From IMG/VR virus record IMGVR_UViG_3300046062_000033, positions 1 through 46,725 of that record: DNA of 46,725 bases; one strand, given 5' to 3'. A program made the position numbers and the translations under genes. The notes below the pieces were generated by a model that saw only the letters and a list, made by a program, of their open reading frames with translations, ran no database searches and was not told the origin of the DNA. The stretch is from a virus. Lineage: Duplodnaviria; Caudoviricetes. Shown piece after piece: positions 27,903 to 35,767 of this stretch. Each line of letters starts with the position of its first letter. The stretch's first letter is position 1.

Positions 27903-28003
27903 ACGCTACCGAAACATTCCGACCGGGGTATGTTTCGTTACGGTCTTTAATCGAATTCTTATCGACACGCTATCGAAACATATCTACCGGTATGTTTCGT
28001 TAT
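27903..28003. promoter_or_regulatory. Two palindromic operator/iteron-like sites CGAAACAT-N10/12-ATGTTTCG
   Basis: Sites at 27910-27937 and 27974-27999, each inside an imperfect direct repeat ACGCTAYCGAAACAT...TATGTTTCGTTAYG. Confidence 0.7.
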
Positions 28004-28055
28004 GATTTCTAACTAACTTCTTAGCGACACGTTTTTGCCGGGTGTACGGGGCTAC

Positions 28056-28802
28056 ATGGTCGTGGTTGGGACTGTACAACCAGGCGGGCGAATAGATCCC
28101 GAGGTGTGGGAACGGTTCAAATCATTCGTCGAAGAAAAGCACGGACGGACGCGGGGAGTGACCGGTAATGAATTAGAAAAAGCCCTTACTAACCACATGA
28201 GCGGGCAGAATCCGACCGAACCGATTCACCGGATCGAAAACGACGTGGCGACGATGAAGTCAAAACTGGCCCGTCTCGAAGACGCACTTTCGGAAACTGA
28301 CGGCGGCGACGTCGTGGCCGACCCGGGGGGCCCCCATCCCCCTCCGAACCCCGACACACACACACGCGCCGATATCAAGCGTGCGTGTCGTGACGACGAC
28401 CGACCCGACGGCGGCGAGGACGCCACCGACCGATCGAAGCCCGACGCACGGGCCCCGAAGGCCGATAAAGCGGAATACATCTTCGAAGACCTGAACGTCG
28501 ACGGGATCGTCACGTCGCCGAGGGTCTTCGATACGAAGGTGTCGAAGGCGTGGGGGTTCGGCGACCGGGCGACCGACGACATTCGCGAACGGATATTCGA
28601 GGCGTATCACGCCGAAGCGGTATCGACCGACGGGTCGTGTTGGCACGTCGCGGTCGGGAAGACCGAAGCCGACCGGGACGACGGTATCGATGATTGGATA
28701 GCCGGCCAAGAAGTCGCGGAAGACGACGTTGTTTTCGTCTCCGAAGCTAACTTCGAGGGGTTCGATACGAACGGCGTGCCGAACGGGGTGAAAAAGCGTT
28801 AG
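28056..28802 (+). CDS. Protein with an N-terminal RHH/CopG-like DNA-binding domain and coiled coil
   Basis: RIDPEVWERFKSFVEEKHGRTRGVTGNELEKAL; directly downstream of the palindromes. Confidence 0.65.
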   Translation: MVVVGTVQPGGRIDPEVWERFKSFVEEKHGRTRGVTGNELEKALTNHMSGQNPTEPIHRIENDVATMKSKLARLEDALSETDGGDVVADPGGPHPPPNPDTHTRADIKRACRDDDRPDGGEDATDRSKPDARAPKADKAEYIFEDLNVDGIVTSPRVFDTKVSKAWGFGDRATDDIRERIFEAYHAEAVSTDGSCWHVAVGKTEADRDDGIDDWIAGQEVAEDDVVFVSEANFEGFDTNGVPNGVKKR

Positions 28803-28830
28803 AAGGCGTCGGCGTAGGGTCGCGCCGCCG

Positions 28831-29400
28831 TCACTCGGCGATGTTGACGACCGCGATGCCGTCGGGGTCGGTGACGACGATCGGCGACGTCACCGACGGC
28901 GTCCGATCCATCCCGACGAAGACGGTCCGGGTGTCGACGGGGACGCGACCGACGGCCGCAACGTCGACCAACACGATGCAGTTCGACGGAACGGCGTCGA
29001 CCCGTTCGACGAGATACCCGTCGATCGCCGGCAGGAACGGGTCGGCCGCGTCGGCGTTGTCGTACGCGGCGGCGTCGTCGCATCGGTCGGCGGCGGTGTC
29101 GCCGGCGAAGAACGCCGCCCCATCCGGCTGTCCGTCGACTTCGTCGCCGTACAGGTCGGTCTTGGACAGGCCGGTCGACGCGTAGCCGTTCTGCCCGAGC
29201 CGGTGGAGTGCGTCGCGGAGGTGTCGGACGTCGAAGCTGTCGACGAAGGCTTCGGTCGCCGCGCCGTCGATGATGGTGTGCCACATGGCCGACCGCATGG
29301 CCGTCCCGACGTCGTCGTCGAACGACGTGACGAGCGATTCGGCGGGCGGGTCGACGTCGGTCGCGGCCAAGAAGTCGTGGAAGGTGTCGTCACCCGTCAT
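28831..29400 (-). CDS. Hypothetical protein, possibly resembling an HK97/encapsulin A-domain
   Basis: ATG overlaps the TFB stop; IDGYLVERVDAVPSNCIVLVD and DPDGIAVV. Confidence 0.6.
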   Translation of the reverse strand: MTGDDTFHDFLAATDVDPPAESLVTSFDDDVGTAMRSAMWHTIIDGAATEAFVDSFDVRHLRDALHRLGQNGYASTGLSKTDLYGDEVDGQPDGAAFFAGDTAADRCDDAAAYDNADAADPFLPAIDGYLVERVDAVPSNCIVLVDVAAVGRVPVDTRTVFVGMDRTPSVTSPIVVTDPDGIAVVNIAE

Positions 29401-30449
29401 GGGCCGACGCCTTCGGACACTAAGCGGTCGATCAAATAATCGCGGTCGGGTGTCATGCCGACGTCGACGTCGTGGTCGGCGGCGAGTTGTTTCAGGTCGT
29501 TGTAGGCGACGTCGTCGAATCGGGTGCGGTCGCGCCACTCGCGAACGTCGGTCACGCGGTTTACGACGGTCGATTTCGACACGCCGGCCGTGTCCGCGAC
29601 GTCGGTTTGGGAGACGTCGACGCGGGCGTCGGTCGCGGCGACGTAAACGACGCCGGCGGCGACGCCGGTCGGGTCGGTGCCGTCGACGAAGCCGGCGTCG
29701 GCGTCGATCGCGGCGTCGACGACGCCGACGGCGTCGGCCCGTACCCGGGCGGGCAGGCCGTCGATGCGGTCGCATAGGTCGTTCACCGCTGCCGTGATGG
29801 CGTCGGGGTCGCCGGGGGCGACGGCGTCGTCGCGACAGGCAAGGACGTCGCGGTACTGGTTTCGAACTGTCGTGACGACGACGTTCGCAGCGGCGGCGAC
29901 GTCGTCCTGTTCGACGTCGGCGTTCCGGTAGGTCGACGTTGCATAGACGACCGCTGCCGCGAATCCCGAGACGGATTTGCCGACGTGGACGCCGGCGGCG
30001 ACGGCGTCGTGGCACACCGCGACGGCGTCGGTTTCGAACGCGGGGTCGACGTCCAGGTCGTCGCAAATCCGTCGGACCCAGTCGGCCGGGTCTTCGGGTT
30101 CGACGGTGTAGGGAAGCGCCGAAAGTACGCGGTGGTAGATCGACACGACGGCGTCTTCGTCGACGTCGCGGTCGACGGGGTCGACGACGTCGGCGGGCTT
30201 GGTCGGAATGTCGCGAACGCGGGCTGCCGCGTAGACGGCTGCCGGGAACGCCGCTGCCGGGTAGCGTCGGGCGTCGCCGCTGAAGCGGCCGGCGCCGTCG
30301 CGTTCGGGCCCGGCGGCGATCACGCCGGCCTCGACGGCGTGGTCGAAGCACGTGACGGCCATGTCGCCGATCGTGTCGTCGAACCCGGCGTCGCGGGCGA
30401 TCCGCCGGAGGACTGTTGCGTACTCGTCGTCGGTCGCCGGTCGTGGCAT
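29397..30449 (-). CDS. tfb: TFB/TFIIB-like protein with three cyclin repeats and no Zn ribbon
   Basis: AAVYAAAR; GKSVSGFAAAVVY...EQDDVAAAANVVVTTVRNQY; GTDPTGVAAGVVY...SQTDVADTAGVSKSTV. Confidence 0.88.
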   Translation of the reverse strand: MPRPATDDEYATVLRRIARDAGFDDTIGDMAVTCFDHAVEAGVIAAGPERDGAGRFSGDARRYPAAAFPAAVYAAARVRDIPTKPADVVDPVDRDVDEDAVVSIYHRVLSALPYTVEPEDPADWVRRICDDLDVDPAFETDAVAVCHDAVAAGVHVGKSVSGFAAAVVYATSTYRNADVEQDDVAAAANVVVTTVRNQYRDVLACRDDAVAPGDPDAITAAVNDLCDRIDGLPARVRADAVGVVDAAIDADAGFVDGTDPTGVAAGVVYVAATDARVDVSQTDVADTAGVSKSTVVNRVTDVREWRDRTRFDDVAYNDLKQLAADHDVDVGMTPDRDYLIDRLVSEGVGP

Positions 30450-30534
30450 GACGGTCGACGGTAGGCGGACCGGCGGGAAAAGTATGTCGCTACTACACCA
30501 ACACATCGTATCACAAAACGGATAGAAGACACGA

Positions 30535-30553
30535 ACCGGCATTCTATGCCGGT
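30535..30553. promoter_or_regulatory. Perfect 8-bp inverted repeat in the divergent promoter region
   Basis: ACCGGCAT-TCT-ATGCCGGT. Confidence 0.45.
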
Positions 30554-30791
30554 AATTATAACTCTATCGCATACCCGCTCACACGGCGACATACGACGGG
30601 CTCACCGGGGTGAACCCCTCGAATCCATCCTGTTGTCGTGTCGGTGGTATGGGGCGGCCGAGGATTGAGGCGACTGTGACGGCCGTCACGCCGCGTAGAA
30701 CCGACGCTACAGTTACACGAATTTGTCGGTGTTATACTATGGAATGTGATATGACGCGGACGGCGGCGACCCACGCCGTGTAGTGCATCAA

Positions 30792-30840
30792 CGACACACT
30801 TATCACGCGGGCGTGTGTAGGCGACGGCATGGTGCGACCC
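30792..30840 (+). promoter_or_regulatory. Repeated promoter/start cassette
   Basis: CGACACACTTAT, with ATGGTGCGACCC starting 29 nt after the first T of TTAT. Confidence 0.7.
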
Positions 30841-32268
30841 GACCCCGACGTCGACGTCGAATCGTACACGACCGACCGCCTCGCGACCTACATCACCGAC
30901 GCCGCCCCGACCGCCGCCGCCCTCCCCGACGACGCCGCCCTCGAAGGACAACTCGTCGCGAACGTCGACGCGGCGATCGACGAATTCCGGTCGCGGCACG
31001 TCGCCACGGACGGCGGTACCGACGACGTCGCCGCCGCCGCCGACTGGCTCGCCCACCTCGACCCCGACACCGGCAACGTCCGGGTCCGGCACGACCAGAC
31101 GATCCGCACGACCGTCGACAACGGCGACGTCGTCCACACCGTCGTCGAACAGTACGACGACACCGCCGACGCCGCGTCCCTCTCGTTCGCCGGCGTCTAC
31201 GCCTGCCCCGACCCCGACCACGACATTCACACCGAGTACGACGGCGACGTGATCCGACACACCTGCGACGCCGACGACTGCCCGTTCGACGCGGCGGTCG
31301 GCTACCGCCCGACCCCCGACGACGAACCGAACCACACCACGCCGTCGTGGTACCGCGCCACCGTCCCACACGACACGGTCGTCGAACACGACGCCGACTT
31401 CGACCCTGCTGGATTACTCGACGACGCCGACGACGAATCGGCCACCGCCGGCGTCGCCCGACGCCTTATCCTGTCCCGCTACATCGTCGGCGTTCGCGAC
31501 GCCGCCCACGTGTCGGCCGAATACGACGGCGACCCCGTGCACGACGACGACGCCGAGAAAGTCGCCGACGCCTATATCGACACGTTCGACTGTGTCCGGT
31601 GCGGTGCCGAACACGACGTTGGTGCCGAACGGTCACACCCGGCGGAAGACGACCCGGTGTGCGAGGGGTGCGAAGACGACCCCGAATGGTCGGTCGAGGA
31701 CGCCGACCTGCCCGACGACGTCGAAGCGGTCGTCGACGACTTCGCGTCCGTCACCGCCGGCAAGTTCCGCGAGTTGCTTCGCGACGTGACGTATTACCCC
31801 GCGTGGGTCGCGGCGGGCGACGACGACACCGACGTCGCCGACGCCCCGGCGTGCCCGACCGGGGAGCAAGGCGACCGCCGCGTGCAGGGGCACGGGTCGC
31901 CCGGCACCGGGCTTCGCCGGCCGGACGGCGTCGCCCACGGCGATCCGAACTGGCGGGTCGTGCTCCGGGAAGCCCGCGACGCGGGTCTAATCGAACGGGC
32001 CGACGACGGCGTCACCGACGACGGCGACGAAATTGAATTCGACGATTCGGCCGCCCGGTGGGAGGCGACCGACACGGGCAAAGTGGTCTTCGACGAACTC
32101 GCCCGGTGTGTGTGGTGCGGCGGGCGGCGTCGGGCGTACCGGCACGAATACACCGTGAAATTGAGCCGCTGGAACACGACGACGAACGTCGACCTGATTA
32201 CGGCGTGTCCCGACCGGTGCCGCCACGACGTTCGTGGGTCGACGACCGACCTCACGGGCGACGTGTAG
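30829..32268 (+). CDS. Large acidic hypothetical protein with several CxxC motifs
   Basis: CVRC, CEGC and CVWC; wHTH-like AGLIER...WEATDTGK segment. Confidence 0.7.
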   Translation: MVRPDPDVDVESYTTDRLATYITDAAPTAAALPDDAALEGQLVANVDAAIDEFRSRHVATDGGTDDVAAAADWLAHLDPDTGNVRVRHDQTIRTTVDNGDVVHTVVEQYDDTADAASLSFAGVYACPDPDHDIHTEYDGDVIRHTCDADDCPFDAAVGYRPTPDDEPNHTTPSWYRATVPHDTVVEHDADFDPAGLLDDADDESATAGVARRLILSRYIVGVRDAAHVSAEYDGDPVHDDDAEKVADAYIDTFDCVRCGAEHDVGAERSHPAEDDPVCEGCEDDPEWSVEDADLPDDVEAVVDDFASVTAGKFRELLRDVTYYPAWVAAGDDDTDVADAPACPTGEQGDRRVQGHGSPGTGLRRPDGVAHGDPNWRVVLREARDAGLIERADDGVTDDGDEIEFDDSAARWEATDTGKVVFDELARCVWCGGRRRAYRHEYTVKLSRWNTTTNVDLITACPDRCRHDVRGSTTDLTGDV

Positions 32269-32459
32269 ACCGACAGCCGCCGCACACGACCGTTCGTCGT
32301 CGCACCCGGCGCACGCCCCGGCCCGACCGACGAACCGCTCACGACGCCACACACAGCTTTCACACCATTCGACGGATTAGGCCGGCGACCCGAACGGGCG
32401 ACGACCGACATACTTTTCCTACCGCCGCCGGACGCTGTCGGACGGACGGTGCACCCACG

Positions 32460-33452
32460 ATGGCGAACCCACTACTCGACCGCGTCACCGACGCCTTGGA
32501 CAGGGGCCGCCCGGACGACGAACGGGAAACGATCGATAACGCGGAGCGAGGTTGCGGCCATTTACACGCAAGTTCGTGCTATATCCGGTCGGACCTCGCC
32601 GCCCTCGGGTCGCCCGCCGGCGACATTCCGGCGTTCGTCGAATTTGACGACCCGGTCGAATACCGGGAACACACGGGTCGCGGCGCGATCATCCCCGGGT
32701 TCAAACCGTTTCCCGGCGAATCGTTCACGCTGCACTACGCCGCCGACGGCCGGTCGACGACGCCCGACGCCGACGTCGCCGCCCACATCGACCGCCTCCA
32801 ACAGTTCGGGTTCGACGGCGACCACTACGCCGACATAACGTCGACCCGGGCGATCGACCTCCTCATGTCGGTTGGCGTGTCGAACTACGACACGCCCGAC
32901 GCGTATATCGACGAATGCCGGGACCGTGGGCTGAACCTCAAGATCCCCGTGTCGTCGAATCAAGCGCCGCCCGTGATCGAGCCGCTTCGAACGCGGGTCT
33001 TCGTCATTCATCCGGACGGGTGCGGCGACGGCCGGCCCGGCATCATCGGGTATGCGTACGTGACCCGGAACGTGTTCACGGCCGGGGGCGGCGCGACGCC
33101 GGACGACCCCGACGTCCCCGGGTGGGCCGAGGACTATGCGACGACGCGCGAGGACTTCGACGTGGTCGACCGGGGCGACCCGATCGCGGCCGACGACGCC
33201 GTCGACGACGCCCAGGCACGGATCGTCGACGTCGTCGAGGACGACGAAGGCGGTGATATGCCGGACCGGGCCGCCGACGACGTCCCCACCGACGACCGCA
33301 TCCCGATCGAATCCGTCGACTATAACATCAAGAAGGCGAAGGCGTCGTCGGCAGGGATCGACGTCGGCCAATCGCCGTCCGAAGCCGACCTCGACGACGC
33401 GCTTCGGGACGCCGGTATCACGCACGCGACGCCGGGAGGTCAGGGCGAATGA
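32460..33452 (+). CDS. Phage hypothetical protein (ERGCG motif) with a C-terminal HeH-like domain
   Basis: ERGCG, LLMSVG...YDTPDAYIDEC and RVFVIHP; C-terminal domain similar to that of the viral TFB. Confidence 0.7.
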   Translation: MANPLLDRVTDALDRGRPDDERETIDNAERGCGHLHASSCYIRSDLAALGSPAGDIPAFVEFDDPVEYREHTGRGAIIPGFKPFPGESFTLHYAADGRSTTPDADVAAHIDRLQQFGFDGDHYADITSTRAIDLLMSVGVSNYDTPDAYIDECRDRGLNLKIPVSSNQAPPVIEPLRTRVFVIHPDGCGDGRPGIIGYAYVTRNVFTAGGGATPDDPDVPGWAEDYATTREDFDVVDRGDPIAADDAVDDAQARIVDVVEDDEGGDMPDRAADDVPTDDRIPIESVDYNIKKAKASSAGIDVGQSPSEADLDDALRDAGITHATPGGQGE

Positions 33453-33904
33453 CGGACAAGACCGTCACGGCGTGGCTCGTCGTCGATTGGAAAAGCGAAC
33501 GCGTGAAAGCTCGGAAGACGGAACCGCACATATCGGAACTCGGGACGAACGAACTGAAGGCGAAGGTCGACGCCGACGTCTCCGTGCCGGACGTCGACGT
33601 GCCGACGTTATCGCTCGAAATAAACGTGCCGGAACCTCGGGTGTACGCGGCGACGCTCGAAGCGATCGACGACGAAGACCTGCCCGAGTGGGCCGACGTC
33701 GCCCTCGAAACAGTCGACGACACCCGCGTCGCGTTCGAATCGGCCGGGAACGCGCCGGAATGGAAAACCGTCGTGGACGAAGTCACCGTCGACGTGCTCC
33801 GGGACGCCCCCGGCCGGCCGGACGTCGAGAACGTCCGGGACTTCGTCGACACGACCGCCCGCGACGCACACGACGTCGACGCGCCCGACGAGGTAGATCC
33901 ATGA
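33449..33904 (+). CDS. Hypothetical protein
   Basis: ATGA overlap with the upstream gene; acidic. Confidence 0.7.
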   Translation: MTDKTVTAWLVVDWKSERVKARKTEPHISELGTNELKAKVDADVSVPDVDVPTLSLEINVPEPRVYAATLEAIDDEDLPEWADVALETVDDTRVAFESAGNAPEWKTVVDEVTVDVLRDAPGRPDVENVRDFVDTTARDAHDVDAPDEVDP

Positions 33905-34089
33905 CCGGTCCGCATAGCGAACGAACGGACGCGATCGACGCGCTCGAACGGGCGAAAGACGCCGCCGAATCGGACGACCCGCGACGGGCGAAGTCGAACG
34001 CCGACGCCGCCGCCGCGTTACTCCGGGTGTACGAACGCCGATCGAAGGCGAAGCTCCCGTCGTACGCGGATACGGACGACACGTCGTAA
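33901..34089 (+). CDS. Small hypothetical protein (62 aa)
   Basis: ATGA overlap; MTGPHSERTDAIDALERAK... Confidence 0.55.
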   Translation: MTGPHSERTDAIDALERAKDAAESDDPRRAKSNADAAAALLRVYERRSKAKLPSYADTDDTS

Positions 34090-34102
34090 CAACACCGGAT
34101 TC

Positions 34103-34185
34103 GACGGGTTAGCCAAGTGGTCGACGGCACGGGTCTTAAGAACCCGCGTGGTAGCACTTCCGGGGTTCGAATCCCCGACCCGTCA
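34103..34185 (+). tRNA. tRNA-Leu (anticodon TAA)
   Basis: Acceptor stem GACGGGT/ACCCGTC plus A; D arm TAGCCAAGTGGTCGACGGC; anticodon arm CGGGT-CTTAAGA-ACCCG; long variable arm; T arm CGGGG-TTCGAAT-CCCCG. Confidence 0.92.
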
Positions 34186-34226
34186 TACGGGGCGTCGGCC
34201 CCCGTCACCCGCCGACTGACCGACCC

Positions 34227-35030
34227 ATGCCAGACTCACACCACGACACGGCGGTCGAAACGATCGTCGACGCCGACCTATGGACTGCCGTTTGCGACGG
34301 CGTCAACGGGATCGCGTCCCGACCCGAAGCGGCGTTCGAATTCGACAACGACGGGCTTCGCGTCCGGGTGCGGGAAGCCGCGAACGTCGCGATGATCGCC
34401 CAAACCGTCCCGGCCGACGCGTTCGACCACTACACGGTCGACGGCGACGTCACGATCGGGCTCAACACCGACACGTTCGCCGACCTCTTGGGCGTCGCCG
34501 ACGGCGACGACCCCGTCGCGTTCGATTTGAACGCCGAAACCCGGAAACTCGAATTCGAATCGCGCGGCGTCGAATACGACCTCGCCGGCATCAACCCGGA
34601 CGCGATGACCGGGACGCCGACCGACGTCCCGGCGGTCGACGACGAGTACGCGTGGACGATCGACGTCGACCTACCGGTCGAGTTGTGGGATCGCGGCACC
34701 GACGTCGCCGACCTTGCCGGGAGCGACACCGGGACGTTCGTCTACGACCCGGACACCGGCGACGTCGTGCTGGAAGGGGCGGGCGATACCGACGCGTCGC
34801 GGGTCGTGCTGTCGGACGCCGACGCGTTCGCGTGGCGGGACGGCCCGCCCGACGACCGCGTCGAATGCGTACAGTCGAACGACTATATGCCGAGCGTGAT
34901 CGACGTGATCGACGAAGACGTCGTGCGCTTCGTCACCGGCACGGAACTCCCGTATCACGTCTTCACCGAGCGGGCCGACGGCCGGATCGACACGAAATTA
35001 CTACAAGCCCCCCGGATCACCAGCGGGTAA
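34227..35030 (+). CDS. pcn: PCNA sliding clamp
   Basis: GLRVRVREAANVAM, AFDHY, IGLN and ETRKL, plus C-terminal LQAPRI, all matching haloarchaeal PCNA. Confidence 0.9.
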   Translation: MPDSHHDTAVETIVDADLWTAVCDGVNGIASRPEAAFEFDNDGLRVRVREAANVAMIAQTVPADAFDHYTVDGDVTIGLNTDTFADLLGVADGDDPVAFDLNAETRKLEFESRGVEYDLAGINPDAMTGTPTDVPAVDDEYAWTIDVDLPVELWDRGTDVADLAGSDTGTFVYDPDTGDVVLEGAGDTDASRVVLSDADAFAWRDGPPDDRVECVQSNDYMPSVIDVIDEDVVRFVTGTELPYHVFTERADGRIDTKLLQAPRITSG

Positions 35031-35252
35031 ATGGTCGAGTACGACGTCGTGCCGGTCGCGCTGGCGGCCGTCGGCATGGCCGGACTCGTCGCGTTCGTCG
35101 TCGGCGCGTCGGCGCTGGCCGGCCAACACGGCGGCGTGTGGGCCGGCGTGACGACGACGGGCGCGTTCCTCATCGTCGCCGCCGTCACGCTCCTCTACGC
35201 CGTCGGTACGGTCGACGACCGGCCACGCGAGGACCGACGATGGGGCCGATAA
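35031..35252 (+). CDS. Small two-TM membrane protein
   Basis: Two long hydrophobic segments. Confidence 0.65.
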   Translation: MVEYDVVPVALAAVGMAGLVAFVVGASALAGQHGGVWAGVTTTGAFLIVAAVTLLYAVGTVDDRPREDRRWGR

Positions 35253-35701
35253 TGTACCACGTCGAGGACTTCGACGACCTCCGCGACCGGCTCCCGCCCC
35301 GGGCCGCCGTGGTCGCGGCGGCCGTCCTACCCGCCCTGCCCGACAACGAATGCCTCGTCAGAATTCACTACCGGCCCCGATACGACCGTCCCGGCGACAC
35401 GGCGGCGTTCAAACGGCGGTGCCCGGCGCTTGCCGGCACCCGGCTTCGACGCGTCGAATTCGACGTCGACGCGGCCGCCGGCACGGCCGTCGAACTGACG
35501 CCGTCGCCGCACGCGATCCGGTCGTATTTGCTCGGCCCGGGGGACTTCGACATGTTCTACATCGGGGCCGACCCGGACTTCGACGATGCCGACCAAACCG
35601 CCCTGTCGGACTATGGCGTCACGCCCTCGCCGATCGACGCCGTCGACCGTGGCGTACGCACCGACGACACGTTCGACCGGCAGCCGATCGTGCCCGTCTA
35701 A
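35252..35701 (+). CDS. Hypothetical protein with a PIP-like motif
   Basis: TAATG overlap; MYHVEDFDD...; DQTALSDY near the C-terminus. Confidence 0.6.
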   Translation: MYHVEDFDDLRDRLPPRAAVVAAAVLPALPDNECLVRIHYRPRYDRPGDTAAFKRRCPALAGTRLRRVEFDVDAAAGTAVELTPSPHAIRSYLLGPGDFDMFYIGADPDFDDADQTALSDYGVTPSPIDAVDRGVRTDDTFDRQPIVPV

Positions 35702-35717
35702 TCCGTTCGGGCTAACG

Positions 35718-35767
35718 CCGACACAATTATGACCCCGGCGCGTGAACGGCTCGGTATGGTGCGACCC
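35718..35767 (+). promoter_or_regulatory. Repeated promoter/start cassette
   Basis: CCGACACAATTAT...GTGAACGG...GGTATGGTGCGACCC with the same 29-nt spacing. Confidence 0.7.

Noticed and set aside
27903-28003. Mini CRISPR array
   Set aside because: There are only two imperfect copies, they differ in the centre, and no cas genes are present; an operator or iteron fits better.
28325-28335. G6C5 run (and G6 at ~8135) as additional phase-variation tracts
   Set aside because: The runs are short and in frame, as expected by chance at this GC content.
28831-30351. Long Arg-rich ORFs in alternative frames (also 30783-32036, 34280-35251, 36125-37309 and many antisense ORFs)
   Set aside because: They are shadow frames of GAC/GTC/GCC-rich acidic genes in high-GC DNA and do not fit the acidic proteome.
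34103-34185. tRNA as an attP/attB site of a provirus
   Set aside because: No integrase, no duplicated tRNA 3' end and no host flanking genes were seen.
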